Counted from the first letter of the stretch, positions 10,679 through 21,405 are shown. The stretch is DNA of 64,000 bases from Phycisphaeraceae bacterium (GCA_019636615.1 JAHBXF010000002.1:1-64000); one strand, 5' to 3'. Numbers and translations: made by a program. The notes: a model not told the origin generated them from the letters alone.

Positions 10679-11668
10679 ATGGCGAAGAGTCCGACGGTTG
10701 ACGCGGTGATGGCCGCAGAGCGCGCGGCATCGTTCACGAAACGATCGATCAAGAAAGGCGCGAAGGAAGCGGGCCTGCTTCTGGCGCTCTCCATGCTCGA
10801 CCTGACAACGCTGGAGGGGAAGGACTCTCCAGAGAAGGTGCGGGCGCTGTGCCGCAAGGCCGTGCTGCCAGACCCCAACCGGCCCGAGTTGCCCAGCGTC
10901 GCGGCGGTGTGTGTCTATCCGTCGCTGGTGTCGGTGGCGAGAGAAACCCTCGGCGAGAGCGGCGTGAAAGTGGCGTCGGTAGCCACGGGCTTTCCCAGCG
11001 GGCAATACCCGATCCAGGTGCGGCTCGAGGACGTCAAGCGCGCGGTGCACGCCGGGGCGCACGAGATCGACATGGTGATCAACCGCGGGGCCTACCTCGC
11101 GGGACGGTTTGATGAAGTCTGCGACGAGGTCCGGGCGGTGAAGCGCGCCTGCATGACACCGCCCAGGGGCGTTGCGGCGAAAGAGTTTCATCCCGCCCAC
11201 CTCAAGGTGATTCTGGAGACAGGCGAACTCGAAACGCTCGACGATGTGCGCAGGGCTTCTGACATGGCGATCAGGGCCATGGCGGATGTAGACGACGAAT
11301 ACGCCGCGCAGGGGGTTTCGTTCGCCCACGCGCCCGTGGACTTCATCAAAACCAGCACGGGCAAGGTTCAGCCCGCGGCGACGATGCCGGTGACGCTGGT
11401 GATGCTCGAGGCGATCCGCGACTGGTACGTGCGGACGGGCCGGAAGGTGGGCATGAAGCCCGCGGGTGGAATCCGCACCTCCAAGCAGGCGCTGCACTAT
11501 CTGGTCATGGTGCGTGAGACGCTGGGCTTTCTGGAGGGGGGAGAGGCGTGGCTCACGCCGGAGTACTTCCGCTTCGGGGCCAGCACGCTGTGCAACGACA
11601 TCCTGCGCCAACTGGAGTGGTTGCGGCGGGGTGTGTACATGGCCGGGTATGACTTTTCTGAATCATGA
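10679..11668 (+). CDS. deoC: Deoxyribose-phosphate aldolase (long form)
   Basis: AAVCVYP, VATGFPSG and FIKTSTGK motifs, including the Schiff-base Lys region. The ATG follows 3 nt after the preceding stop. Confidence 0.75.
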   Translation: MAKSPTVDAVMAAERAASFTKRSIKKGAKEAGLLLALSMLDLTTLEGKDSPEKVRALCRKAVLPDPNRPELPSVAAVCVYPSLVSVARETLGESGVKVASVATGFPSGQYPIQVRLEDVKRAVHAGAHEIDMVINRGAYLAGRFDEVCDEVRAVKRACMTPPRGVAAKEFHPAHLKVILETGELETLDDVRRASDMAIRAMADVDDEYAAQGVSFAHAPVDFIKTSTGKVQPAATMPVTLVMLEAIRDWYVRTGRKVGMKPAGGIRTSKQALHYLVMVRETLGFLEGGEAWLTPEYFRFGASTLCNDILRQLEWLRRGVYMAGYDFSES

Positions 11669-11737
11669 TGGCGAGGCGGGGCGGCCGATCGGTTCGCCGC
11701 GCGCCGCCGGGGGTTTTCCACAGCAAGGAGAGAGGCA

Positions 11738-13153
11738 TTGGGTTTTCCGAGCAACTTCGTGTGGGGCGCGGCGACCTCGTCGTATCAGATCGAGGGCGGG
11801 TGGAACGCCGACGGCAAGGGGCCCTCGGTGTGGGACACGCTCTGCCGGCGCGAGGGCATGATCTACCAGGGGCACACGGGCGATGTCGCGGCGGACCACT
11901 ACGGGCGCGCGGCGCATGACGTGGGCCTCATGAAGCAGATCGGGCTCAAGGCCTACCGCTTCTCCATCTCGTGGCCGCGCGTGATGCCCGAGGGTGTCGG
12001 GCGCGTCAACGAGGCGGGCCTGGCGTTTTATGAGCGGCTCGTGGATGAACTGCTCGCGGCGGGGATTACGCCGTATGTCACGTTGTTCCACTGGGATTAC
12101 CCGCAAGCGCTGCACGAGCGGGGGAGTTGGCTCAACCGCGAGAGCGTGGGGTGGTTCGAGGAGTACACGCGCGTGGTGGTGTCGCGACTCTCCGACCGCG
12201 TGCGGCACTGGATGACGATCAACGAGCCGCAGATTTTCCTCGGACCATCGGAGGGGGAGGGGTTTCACCCGCCGGGCAACCGCCTGAGCCACGGCGAGCG
12301 GCTGCTCGCGGCCCACCACACGCTGATGGCGCACGGCCGCAGCGTGCAGGTGATCCGCGCCGAGGCGAAGGCACGCCCGAGTGTCGGGTGGGCGCTGGTG
12401 GGACGGATCAAGGTGCCCGCTTCGCCCTCGGTCTGGAACTTCGACCCCAGCGGGCCCACGCTGGAGCACGGCGGCGGCCCTCGCGCCGAAGACATCGAAG
12501 CCGCGCGCCGGCTGACGCTCTCGGTGAAGGCCAAAGACTTCTGGACGAACACCTGGTTTGCAGACCCCGCGCTGCTCGGGCGCTATCCGGAAGATGGCGT
12601 GCGGTTGTACGGCGCGGACATGCCCCGGGTGCGTCCGGGGGATATGGAGACGATCCACCAGCCGCTCGATTTTTACGGGATCAATGTGTACGACGCGGAG
12701 GTGGTTGAGGCGGGCCCCGGGGGCGAGGGGCGGGTGGTGGGGTTTCCGCCGGGGCACCCGCAGAACGCGCTGCGGTGGTTTCTGGTGCCGCAGGCGCTCT
12801 ACTGGGGCGCCAAGTTTCTGTACGAGCGATACCGCACGCCACTCTATGTGACGGAGAACGGGTTCTCGGGTCTGGACTGGGTAGACGCCGACGGGAAGGT
12901 GCGCGACTATGCGCGCATTGATTACACGCGGCGGTACCTCGCGGAACTCTCTCGGGCGTGGCGCGACGGGGTAGACGTGCGGGGCTACTTCCACTGGTCA
13001 CTCTTGGACAACTTCGAGTGGCAGCAGGGGTATAAAGAGCGGTTCGGGCTCATCCACGTCGACTTTACCACGCTCAAGCGCACGCTGAAAGAGTCGGCGA
13101 AGTGGTACGCCGGCGTGATCTCGGCCAACGGCGCGGACATGAGCGTGGGGTGA
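11738..13153 (+). CDS. bglB: GH1 family beta-glucosidase
   Basis: N-terminal FVWGAATSSYQIEG signature, TLFHWDYPQAL, ITENG-like YVTENGFS and FHWSLLDNFEW motifs are all GH1 hallmarks. Confidence 0.85.
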   Translation: MGFPSNFVWGAATSSYQIEGGWNADGKGPSVWDTLCRREGMIYQGHTGDVAADHYGRAAHDVGLMKQIGLKAYRFSISWPRVMPEGVGRVNEAGLAFYERLVDELLAAGITPYVTLFHWDYPQALHERGSWLNRESVGWFEEYTRVVVSRLSDRVRHWMTINEPQIFLGPSEGEGFHPPGNRLSHGERLLAAHHTLMAHGRSVQVIRAEAKARPSVGWALVGRIKVPASPSVWNFDPSGPTLEHGGGPRAEDIEAARRLTLSVKAKDFWTNTWFADPALLGRYPEDGVRLYGADMPRVRPGDMETIHQPLDFYGINVYDAEVVEAGPGGEGRVVGFPPGHPQNALRWFLVPQALYWGAKFLYERYRTPLYVTENGFSGLDWVDADGKVRDYARIDYTRRYLAELSRAWRDGVDVRGYFHWSLLDNFEWQQGYKERFGLIHVDFTTLKRTLKESAKWYAGVISANGADMSVG

Positions 13154-13189
13154 GCGCGGCCGGAACAACGCGGCGGTGCGGGCGCGGGT

Positions 13190-13681
13190 TCAGCCGCCGT
13201 TGGTGTACCGCTTGAGTTCGGCGACGGTCTCGCGCAGTTGCCGCTGCAGCATGCTCACTTTCAGCAGGCTGCGGACACGCGTGATGAGTTCCAGCCTGTT
13301 CACGGGCTTGGTGAGGAAGTCATCCGCCCCGCTCTCGACGGCACGCTCGGCGTCTGAAACTTCGTTCAGGGCGGTCACCATGATGATGGGCACGTCGGCC
13401 GTCGCGGGGTCTGCCTTGATTTTGGCGCACGCCTGAAAACCGCTCATGCGCGGCATCATGATGTCGAGCAGGATCAGGTCGGGCCGCTGGCGGGCCACGG
13501 CCCCCAGCGCCTCGAGCCCGTCGGCCGCGGTGCGCAGCGTGCAGCCGAGTTCTTCGAGATAGGCCAGCAGCAGTTCGAGGTTCTGCTCGTTGTCGTCGAC
13601 GAGAAGCACGTTGCAGGCCGAGACGTCGAAGTCCTGGCCTGGAGCGCGGGGCGAGGGGGCGTCTGGGTTCGTGTTGCTCAT
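13190..13681 (-). CDS. Single-domain response regulator (CheY-like receiver)
   Basis: LLVDDNEQN acidic pocket, phospho-acceptor in LILLDIMMP and a TKP lysine motif. No output domain. Confidence 0.75.
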   Translation of the reverse strand: MSNTNPDAPSPRAPGQDFDVSACNVLLVDDNEQNLELLLAYLEELGCTLRTAADGLEALGAVARQRPDLILLDIMMPRMSGFQACAKIKADPATADVPIIMVTALNEVSDAERAVESGADDFLTKPVNRLELITRVRSLLKVSMLQRQLRETVAELKRYTNGG

Positions 13682-13805
13682 GGCGTGGCCTCAGGGGTGA
13701 CGGGAAGGAATCGGCCAGCCCCCGCTCTTCACGCGAGGGGGCACACGGGGGAAGTTCCGAGAACTCGCCGCGAGGGGCGAGGAACCGGCCAAGAATATCA
13801 CGCAC

Positions 13806-14297
13806 ATGGCCACGACTCTTCGGAGAGAGGGGTGCTGCTGGCAAAACCGCTTCGTGACGCCCGGCGCGCAGGAGTTGGCCGACGCCGTTGCGCGCTCGCT
13901 TCGGCCGACCCTGGCGTGTGTGCGCAAGCGCCTTCTTTCGGTCGATGGCGTCTGCGAGCAGGTGCAGTGGCAGGGCGTGTGGAAGTGGACGCTGGTGTAC
14001 ACGCACCGCGGCCAGCCCGGGCGTGCGTGGGCCTTTCTGGTGCCAGATCCGGAGCGGCCCCGGTTGTGCATCCCGATGCCGGAAGTGTCGCTGGGCACGC
14101 CCAAAGCGCGCCGGCTGACCCGAGAACTGCGCGAGATGCTCTCTCAGGCCCCGGTGGTGAACGGGGCACGCTGGCCGGTCTGGACGCTCCAGAACAAGGC
14201 TCAGGCCGAGGAACTGCTGTCCCTGTGCGAACTGAAAGCACCTGCAACCGATATGGGTGAGGTTGATGGAAGTTTGCCCGCCCCGATCCGGGGTTGA
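13806..14297 (+). CDS. Hypothetical protein
   Basis: ORF of 163 aa with non-repetitive composition, divergent from the response regulator. No recognisable motif. It overlaps a more Arg/Pro-rich alternative-frame ORF, which was rejected. Confidence 0.35.
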   Translation: MATTLRREGCCWQNRFVTPGAQELADAVARSLRPTLACVRKRLLSVDGVCEQVQWQGVWKWTLVYTHRGQPGRAWAFLVPDPERPRLCIPMPEVSLGTPKARRLTRELREMLSQAPVVNGARWPVWTLQNKAQAEELLSLCELKAPATDMGEVDGSLPAPIRG

Positions 14298-14435
14298 GGA
14301 ATGCAGGTGATTAGGGGTTTTTGCCGATAGAGCCGCACACGGTTGTGGCCGCCCGAAGTGTCGGCCGGCCCCTGCGGCCCGTCAGGCGGCAGGGAAAGAA
14401 TCGCAGGCGCGGACGGGTTCCCCGCGGGAGGTGAG

Positions 14436-15962
14436 ATGTCGCAAACTACCGGAAGAAGCCGTGTGGGTGTGTTGGCGTGGTGCGCATCGGCCTTCGCGGT
14501 TCTGGCATCGCCGCCGGCGTTGGCCTTGCAGGCGGGCGACCTGGCGGATGATGTTCGTCGGCTGATCGCCGCCAAGAAGTTCGGCGAAGCCCGGGTGGGC
14601 GTGAGCATGATGGACGGGGCTTCGGGGGCCGTGCTGGCGGCCCACCGCGCCGACGAGGCGTTCATCCCCGCTTCGAACATGAAACTGCTCACCAGCGGCG
14701 CGGCGCTGCTCATCCTGGGCCCGGATTTCGCCTTCCGCACCGAACTGGTGAGCGACGGCGAACGGCTGATCTTCCGCGGCAGCGGCGACCCTTCACTCGC
14801 CGATCCGAGCATCCTTGAAAAAATGACGCCACGCCTGACGGTGGGCGACATGCTCGACGCCATGGTGGGCGCCGCGACCAAGGCCAACATCACAAGGGCC
14901 TCCGAACTGGTGATCGATGATCGGGTCTTTGACCGCGAACTGGTGCACCCGATGTGGCCGGCGGATCAGTTGACGCGTGGGTATTGCGCCCAGGTCAGCG
15001 GGGTGAACTTCCACGCCAACGTGCTGCACGTCTTCCCCGCGCCCAGCCCCAGCGGGCCCGGGCACTCGGCGGTGTACACCCTTCAGCCCGAGGCCCCCTG
15101 GCTGCGCTTCGAGGTGCGGGCGAGGACCGTGGCCGAGGGGAGCAACAGCCCATGGCTGACGCGCGATGCCGACGGCTCGCGGTTTGTGCTGCGGGGCGAT
15201 GTGCGCCACCGCAGCCTCGCCCCGATCGAGGTAACCGTGCACGACCCCGCGATGTTCCTGGGCAATCTGCTCGCGGAACGGCTGGAACGGGGCGGCGTCA
15301 CCCTCGGGTCCAACCCACGCGTGAGGCTGGCCCAGCCCGACGAGACGCTCTCGGCCGGGGCCGTGCTGGCGATGATCAGCACGCCGCTGGCGGAGGTGCT
15401 CAAGAGGTGCAACGCCGACTCGGCGAACCTGTACGCCGAGGCGATGCTCAAGCGGATCGGCCACGACGTCACGCACGAGCCGGGTTCGTGGAAGAACGGG
15501 GCGGCGGTCGTTCGCATGCTGCTGACTGAGCGCATCGGGGCCGACGCCGCGGCGAGCACGGTGATCTCGGACGGTTCGGGCATGAGCCGCGGCAACGCGG
15601 TGACCCCATCGACCATGACGCGATGGGTTCGGTCGATCTCCCTGGACAAAGCGGTCGGGCAGGCGTTCCGCGACTCGATGGCGGAGATCGGCGAAGGCAC
15701 ACTGCGGCGGCGGTTCCAGGGCGCGAAACTCACCAACCGGCTTCAGGCCAAGAGCGGCTACCTCAACGGCGTGCGATGTCTTTCGGGCACCGTCACGCAC
15801 GAGGCGAGCGGGCGCTTTGTCACGTTCAGCGTGCTGGTGAACAACATCCGCACCGATGAGCAGCACCGCGACACCCTGCAGTTGCACGAGGACATCGTGC
15901 GGCTGGCCGATCGGTGGCTCAACGCGCGCGTGACCGCGGACGGCCCCGCCATGGGCGGCTGA
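14436..15962 (+). CDS. dacB: D-alanyl-D-alanine carboxypeptidase/endopeptidase (PBP4, peptidase S13)
   Basis: GGGAGGTGAG RBS precedes ATG 14436. Signal peptide, SNMK active-site box (ASNMKLLT) and SGS/KSG-like motifs. PBP4-family length. Confidence 0.75.
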   Translation: MSQTTGRSRVGVLAWCASAFAVLASPPALALQAGDLADDVRRLIAAKKFGEARVGVSMMDGASGAVLAAHRADEAFIPASNMKLLTSGAALLILGPDFAFRTELVSDGERLIFRGSGDPSLADPSILEKMTPRLTVGDMLDAMVGAATKANITRASELVIDDRVFDRELVHPMWPADQLTRGYCAQVSGVNFHANVLHVFPAPSPSGPGHSAVYTLQPEAPWLRFEVRARTVAEGSNSPWLTRDADGSRFVLRGDVRHRSLAPIEVTVHDPAMFLGNLLAERLERGGVTLGSNPRVRLAQPDETLSAGAVLAMISTPLAEVLKRCNADSANLYAEAMLKRIGHDVTHEPGSWKNGAAVVRMLLTERIGADAAASTVISDGSGMSRGNAVTPSTMTRWVRSISLDKAVGQAFRDSMAEIGEGTLRRRFQGAKLTNRLQAKSGYLNGVRCLSGTVTHEASGRFVTFSVLVNNIRTDEQHRDTLQLHEDIVRLADRWLNARVTADGPAMGG

Positions 15963-16034
15963 AACCCGCCCCGGCTGGATGGCCGGGCTTGAGCGTCGAT
16001 TCAACGTGCGTGCGTGCTGGCCCGGGGGGGGGAT

Positions 16035-17225
16035 TCAGATCAAGGGGTTGCGGACGCCGTGGATGTAGTCGCCCATGGGGCTCAGGTTCTTCATGGGGTT
16101 GATGAAGACATCGCTGTAGAGTTCGGTGGCGGGGTCGGGCGTGTCGCTCTGCTCGGCGAACTCGACGCTGCGGCGCACGGCTTCCTTCACTTCGGTCTGC
16201 ATCTCGATGAACTGCTCTTCGGTGAGCACCGCCGAGCCGCGCGCCTTGGCGCGGGGGGTTGAGGCGTCCATGAGGTACGAGGCGAGGTTGTCGATGCTGT
16301 CCTTGGACTTGAAGAGTTCGACCTCGTCCTTGGTGCGGTATTTCTGGGGGTCGGACATCGAGTGGCCCAGGTAGCGGTAGGTCTTGAGATCGACAAAGGC
16401 TGGGGCCTGCTCTTCGCGGCACCAGTCCACGAGCGGTTTGAAGTGGTTGTAGAGTTCGATGATGTCGAAGCCGTTGATGATCTCGCCGCGGATGCCGTAG
16501 GCGTCGGCCTTTTTGCGCAGGTCGTGGGCCATGGTGGTGCCGCGCTCGATGGCGGTGCCCATGGAGTACCCGTTGTTCTCGACGATGTAGATGACAGGCA
16601 GCGACCAGAGGCCGGCGAGGTTCATGGCCTCGTGCAGTGCGCCCTGATTCAGGGCGCCGTCGCCGAGGTAGGCCAGCGCGACCTTCTTGCGGGGCGGGTT
16701 CTCGGTGTAGAGCGATTTCTTGAGCACTTCGCGCTCGTACTTGGCGGCGAAGGCCAGGCCCGTGCCCAGGGGCGTCTGCGCGCCGACGATGCCGTGGCCG
16801 CCGAAGAGCCAGTTGGGCTTGTCGAACATGTGCATGCTGCCGCCCTTGCCCTTGGCGCAGCCTGTGATCTTGCCGAACATCTCGGCCATGCAGGCTTCGG
16901 GGGTCATGCCGCGCGCCAGGGCGTGCCCGTGGTCGCGGTAGGCGGTGACGATGGGGTCGTCGTGCTCCATCGAGCCGATGGTGCCCACGGCGGCGGCCTC
17001 CTGGCCGATGTAGAGGTGGCAGAAGCCGCCGATCTTGGCCTGCTGGTAGGCCTGGGCGGAGCGGTTTTCGAACTCGCGGATAAGGTACATGTCGCGCAGC
17101 CACTTGACCAGCGTGCTGTCTGGCAGCAGGTCGGCCGGGGTGGGGCGTGATTGCGCGTGGCCGGCACCGTTGACATGCGGGTCGAGATTCGAGCCAGTGC
17201 GTTCGGCGGCGGCGGTCGTGCTCAT
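16035..17225 (-). CDS. pdhA: Pyruvate dehydrogenase (acetoin dehydrogenase-type) E1 component alpha subunit, TPP-dependent
   Basis: YLIREFE, GFCHLYIGQEA, TAYRDHGH and GKGGSMHMF motifs. Start chosen at the internal Met (MSTTAAAE) at 17225. Confidence 0.75.
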   Translation of the reverse strand: MSTTAAAERTGSNLDPHVNGAGHAQSRPTPADLLPDSTLVKWLRDMYLIREFENRSAQAYQQAKIGGFCHLYIGQEAAAVGTIGSMEHDDPIVTAYRDHGHALARGMTPEACMAEMFGKITGCAKGKGGSMHMFDKPNWLFGGHGIVGAQTPLGTGLAFAAKYEREVLKKSLYTENPPRKKVALAYLGDGALNQGALHEAMNLAGLWSLPVIYIVENNGYSMGTAIERGTTMAHDLRKKADAYGIRGEIINGFDIIELYNHFKPLVDWCREEQAPAFVDLKTYRYLGHSMSDPQKYRTKDEVELFKSKDSIDNLASYLMDASTPRAKARGSAVLTEEQFIEMQTEVKEAVRRSVEFAEQSDTPDPATELYSDVFINPMKNLSPMGDYIHGVRNPLI

Positions 17226-17450
17226 GGACGTTCCTTGGGTTGCTGTCGTGCCCGTGAGGGCGTGGCGGGAGGTCTGTGTGTTGAGGCTTTGTGCGGTGCC
17301 TGTGTGGCCGGCCGCGAGACCTCCGGCATGATGATAGCAGAATGCGCAGCCACCCGCCAGAGGGGTGGATATCCCCAGCACAACGCCCGGGGAAGTCTCC
17401 CCGGGCGCAGGTGGAATCTATGGGTGGGTTCTGGGGGGGGCAATCGGGGG

Positions 17451-19706
17451 TCAGCGGGGCGGGGCCTGGGCGGCCCGCATGCTTTCTACCTTGCTCTGAA
17501 GCATGACCAGCGCGGCCTCAAGTTGAAGGTCGAGCCCCTTGGTGATGAGGTCGTCGGGGTTGGCCTCTTTGATGAAGTCGGCCTGGGTGCGGCCGCCCTC
17601 GTTGAGCGCGAGGATGTCGGCGTTGCGGCGCAGCAGCAGCGCGTCGGCGGTCTGTTTGGGGAGCATCTCGACCTTCAGGTCGGGCTCGACGCCCCACGCG
17701 GCGGCGCCGGGGCGGCGGTGGATGATGCTGCGGTCGGGGAGCATGTAGTACTGCGTGGTGACCTTGACCTTGGCGTTGCTGGTGATGTCCCAGACATTCT
17801 GAACGCTGCCCTTGCCGAAACTGCGGCCGCCGACCACGACGACATCGAGGTCGCCCTTGAGCGGGCCGCCCTTGGCGTAGGCCTTGATCGCGCCCGAGAC
17901 GATCTCGCTGGCAGAGGCCGAGCCCTCGTTGATGAGCACCACGATGGGGATGTCGGCCAGGCGTGCCTGGGAGGGGATGGTGTACTCGGGCGAAGAGATC
18001 ATCCCGCCCGGGCCCTGCATCATCACCACGAAGCCGCCGCTGGTCTTGATAAACCGGCGGGAGATCTTCACCGCCTGGTCGAGCAGACCGCCGGGGTTGA
18101 AACGCAGGTCGAGGATCAGGGCGTTGAGCCCGGTGAGTTGCATGGCGCGAACGGCGTTGTCGAGTTCGCGGCTGGAGTTCTCGGAGAACTGCGTGAGGCG
18201 GACATACCCGATGCCGCGCGGCGCATCAACGAACCACTCCCAGTCGTCCTCGCGGTCGCCGTTGCGCTTCCAGCCCTTGACGGTGGGCACGTTGATGACA
18301 GAACGGCGGAGAACGAAGTCTTTCTCTTCTTTCTGGGGGTTGCCGTCGTCGGCCTGTGCGTCGGTCTTTCGCTCGATGGTGAGCGTGACATTGGTGCCCT
18401 GGGGGCCCGTGATCACGTCAACGGCCTGGTCGAGGGTGAGGCCGAAGATGTTGCGGCCGTCGACGCGCTTGATGATGTCGCCGGGGTGGATGCCCGCGCG
18501 CTGGGCTGGGGTGCCCTCCAGCGGGGTGACCACGCGGATGTTGGAGAGTTCGTCGTACTCGATCTGGATGCCCACGCCGACGAAACTGCTCTGGGTCATC
18601 TTGTTGAATCGGCGCACTTCGTCGGGCCAGATAATGCCGGAGAACTCGTCGAGGCGGCCCATGGCGCCGTTGCCCAGTTCGTGCAGCAGGGCGGGGGCGG
18701 GGATGCGCACCGTCTGATCGTTGGCCCTGCGGACGCGGTCGATGACCATCTCGATCTGGGCGTCGTCCATCGGTGTGCTGATGGCGTTGACGCGGGCGAT
18801 CTCGGTGTCGATGGCCTGGATGAACTGCTCGCGCGGCGAGTCTTCGGCCAGCGTGGGGAAGGCCTGGCGCAGGTGGTGCGTGGTCACCATGGTGCGGACA
18901 GATTCGAGCCCGCCGAGCATGACCTCGTTGAGTTGAACCTGCTCGACGTGCAGCCGGGCCCGGGCGAAGGCGCGCCGGAGAAGGGTCTGATCGATGCTGG
19001 CGAGTTTCACCTCGAAGTCATCGCCGAACTTGTTGTAGGGGGGAAGGGGGGTTTCGCCGGCGGCGATCTGACGCTCGTTGCGCAGCGTCCAGAGTGTCTC
19101 GGGCACGTACAGGCGGATCATCTCCAGCCGCTGGCTCAGACGCCGGGCGTCGGCCTTGTACACGCCCGATTCTTCCATCATCGTGTTGAGCAGCGAGAAG
19201 AGTTCGAACGAGGTGAGCAGGTCGGCGCGGGTCTCGGCCTCTCGCGCGGCGCGTTCAGACTTTTCGATGACCTCGCGGATCTGCTGGTCGGCCAGCAGCG
19301 CTTCGCGGTCGGTGGAAAGCAGTTGCAGTTCGATGGCGGCGCGCAGCGCCTTGGAGAGGCCGATGTCCGTCTGCTCGCCCTCGAGGGCCTTGGCGAACTG
19401 CTCACGCACCTCGCCCTGACGGCGCAGGCGTTCTGCCTCGCGCTGCTCGATGTTGTGGCGCAGCGACATCGCCGAACGGGCCAGCCCGTCCGCCGCGGGG
19501 TCGTTGCCGGCGATCTCGGCCAGCGCGGTGTGGAACCTGTCCCAGTTTCCCTCACGGGCCGAGAACCAGAGGGATCGGTTGGCGCCCGTGTCGGCCGCGG
19601 CGACGACCTGCGCCTGGCCCTGAGCCCGGCCGGCCAGCAACGCGGGGGAAAGCACAGACGCGCAGAGCGCGGCGGAAACCAGGGAAGTACGGAGCCAGTG
19701 AGCCAT
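17451..19706 (-). CDS. ctp: C-terminal processing peptidase (S41 family, Ctp/Prc-like) with a long N-terminal helical region
   Basis: PDZ domain followed by the S41 core (LILDLRFNPGG...VVLINEGSASASEIVSGA). Signal peptide starts at MAHWLRTSLVSAALCA (ATG 19704-19706). Confidence 0.75.
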   Translation of the reverse strand: MAHWLRTSLVSAALCASVLSPALLAGRAQGQAQVVAAADTGANRSLWFSAREGNWDRFHTALAEIAGNDPAADGLARSAMSLRHNIEQREAERLRRQGEVREQFAKALEGEQTDIGLSKALRAAIELQLLSTDREALLADQQIREVIEKSERAAREAETRADLLTSFELFSLLNTMMEESGVYKADARRLSQRLEMIRLYVPETLWTLRNERQIAAGETPLPPYNKFGDDFEVKLASIDQTLLRRAFARARLHVEQVQLNEVMLGGLESVRTMVTTHHLRQAFPTLAEDSPREQFIQAIDTEIARVNAISTPMDDAQIEMVIDRVRRANDQTVRIPAPALLHELGNGAMGRLDEFSGIIWPDEVRRFNKMTQSSFVGVGIQIEYDELSNIRVVTPLEGTPAQRAGIHPGDIIKRVDGRNIFGLTLDQAVDVITGPQGTNVTLTIERKTDAQADDGNPQKEEKDFVLRRSVINVPTVKGWKRNGDREDDWEWFVDAPRGIGYVRLTQFSENSSRELDNAVRAMQLTGLNALILDLRFNPGGLLDQAVKISRRFIKTSGGFVVMMQGPGGMISSPEYTIPSQARLADIPIVVLINEGSASASEIVSGAIKAYAKGGPLKGDLDVVVVGGRSFGKGSVQNVWDITSNAKVKVTTQYYMLPDRSIIHRRPGAAAWGVEPDLKVEMLPKQTADALLLRRNADILALNEGGRTQADFIKEANPDDLITKGLDLQLEAALVMLQSKVESMRAAQAPPR

Positions 19707-19865
19707 GCATCGCCTCCATGCCTTCAGGGCTGAACGCGCACCCGCGCCCATCCGCCAAGGCCTTTCATGTCAGGATTCCATCGGTCGCGTTTTCCGTCGC
19801 CGTCAGTGGCGGATCACAGACTGCCTCTCAGGCATCATATCGGACCCGCCCCACACGCGGATTCG

Positions 19866-21188
19866 TTACCGAACGCTCCCCGGTTCCCGTTCTGCTCTGC
19901 GTTGTTGGTTTGATCGGTGGGCCACAACGGCGGCGACGCCGATCGAAACCCCCGCCACGGTGGTGAGCAGCACCGGCTCGAACGCCCCGGCGGCGAGCGC
20001 ACCGCCGTCGACCGCGGCGCTGGCCGCCAGCCCGGCGGCTGGGCCCACCGTATACCCCACGCCGATGAGCGCCTCGTGCGTGCCCCCGGCATCAACCTGC
20101 GCCCGGCCAACCTCCAGCGCGTAGTAAATAGCGCAGGCATAGATCGCCGCCATGCCGACGCCAAAGACCATGAGACTGGCGGCCATGCAGGCGATGCCCG
20201 CGCTGCCGGGGCCCAGCAGCGGGGAAAGAACACAGCCGAAGAACCCGCCGATCATGAACAGAGCGCCGGCGATGGCCGCCCACCAGCGCCCGTGCCAGCC
20301 GTGCCACGCCCGCAGAAGGGCGAAGGTGAGCACGCGCGAGGCGAGCCAGACCGAGGCGATGGCCGCCGCCCAGCCGGAACGAACTCCCAGCCTTTCCAGC
20401 GCGCCGGGCAGGAAGGGGCCCAGCGTGCTCAAAACGATGTAACTCAGGGGCAGCAAGAGGCGGAACGTCGCCAGCAGACGCACGTATTCGGCCGGCGCGG
20501 GCTCGTGCCCGTCATCGTGGGCGTGCGGGGCGGGCTCGCGGGTAAAGCGAGCCAGCAACGCGAGCCCCACCAGATGGAAGCCCCCCAGCGCAAGAATCGC
20601 GATGGTCGCGTGGGCTTCGATCAGCGGCGCGAGCCCCCAGTACGAAACAACGATCGCCGAAGACCACACTACGTTCCATCGGCCGATGATCGCGCGGAGT
20701 TCCTGCCCGGCCCGCCCCCCGCTGACATAGGCCTCCACCATGGGCCAGAGAACACCCGTGAGCGGGCTGTAGAGCACCGCCAGCAGCCACAGGGGCCACT
20801 GGGGCGCGCTCTGCCCCGACGCGGGGTCGGGGATTGTGGCAAAGGGCACACAGCAGAGGGCCGCCATGAGAATCATGATGCAGGCAAGCACCCCCCGCGA
20901 GGAAAGATTGAACCGACGGCGAAGAAGTGCCACCGCGCGCCCCGCCAGCGAGGCGGCGAGGATGTAGGTCACGCCCAGCACGGCCCCGAGCACGTAGTTT
21001 CGCGTTCGGCTGAAGCCGTAGGCCGGGCTGGAGGTCAGGAAAAAAATGCCGTTGGTCACGACCCCCGTTCCCAGGCTGTTCAGGAAGGTGAACGTCGAGA
21101 CCGTCAGGGTGGAGGTCGGCCCGGGAGAGAGAAGAACCGCGGCCGCGCCGTGCGGGGGCGGCATGGGTGGGGAGTGGGGGGCGGGCAT
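19866..21188 (-). CDS. MFS-type transporter
   Basis: About 12 predicted TM helices and an RR-containing loop (LLRRRFN) after TM2, typical of MFS. 440 aa. Confidence 0.6.
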   Translation of the reverse strand: MPAPHSPPMPPPHGAAAVLLSPGPTSTLTVSTFTFLNSLGTGVVTNGIFFLTSSPAYGFSRTRNYVLGAVLGVTYILAASLAGRAVALLRRRFNLSSRGVLACIMILMAALCCVPFATIPDPASGQSAPQWPLWLLAVLYSPLTGVLWPMVEAYVSGGRAGQELRAIIGRWNVVWSSAIVVSYWGLAPLIEAHATIAILALGGFHLVGLALLARFTREPAPHAHDDGHEPAPAEYVRLLATFRLLLPLSYIVLSTLGPFLPGALERLGVRSGWAAAIASVWLASRVLTFALLRAWHGWHGRWWAAIAGALFMIGGFFGCVLSPLLGPGSAGIACMAASLMVFGVGMAAIYACAIYYALEVGRAQVDAGGTHEALIGVGYTVGPAAGLAASAAVDGGALAAGAFEPVLLTTVAGVSIGVAAVVAHRSNQQRRAEREPGSVR

Positions 21189-21331
21189 GGAGCGAGGGGG
21201 AGGGTTGCTCGCCGGAATTCCGGGCGTGAATGGTGCGTGTGTGTCTCGGCGGGTTTGCCGCGTGCGTTGAGGGATCGTAGCATGGTGTGCCGGAAACCCC
21301 CGCCGCCGTGCGCGGGGGTGCCCGGAGCGTG

Positions 21332-21405
21332 ATGTGCTCGTAGCTCAACTGGATAGAGCGTCGGCCTCCGAAGCCGAAGGTTGTGGGTTCGACTCCCGCC
21401 GAGCA
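21332..21405 (+). tRNA. tRNA-Arg (anticodon CCG), 74 nt, no encoded CCA
   Basis: Hand-folded cloverleaf: acceptor GUGCUCG/CGAGCAU, D-arm GCUC-AACUGGAUA-GAGC, anticodon arm UCGGC-CUCCGAA-GCCGA, T-arm GUGGG-UUCGACU-CCCGC. Confidence 0.8.

Noticed and set aside
10667-12994. Minus-strand ORFs of 314 aa and 443 aa
   Set aside because: They are antisense to deoC and to the GH1 beta-glucosidase. Both plus-strand genes carry unmistakable family signatures.
13685-14260. 191-aa plus-strand ORF overlapping the 13806-14297 hypothetical
   Set aside because: Its extreme Arg/Gly/Ala/Pro composition suggests an off-frame product. The 13806 frame looks more protein-like, but is itself of low confidence.
14793-16004. 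403-aa minus-strand ORF
   Set aside because: It is antisense to dacB and has shadow-frame composition.
17151-19733. 860-aa plus-strand ORF
   Set aside because: It lies antisense to the well-supported Ctp/S41 protease gene. Its composition is Gly/Ala/Val/Asp/Arg-biased, typical of high-GC shadow frames, and it has no motifs.
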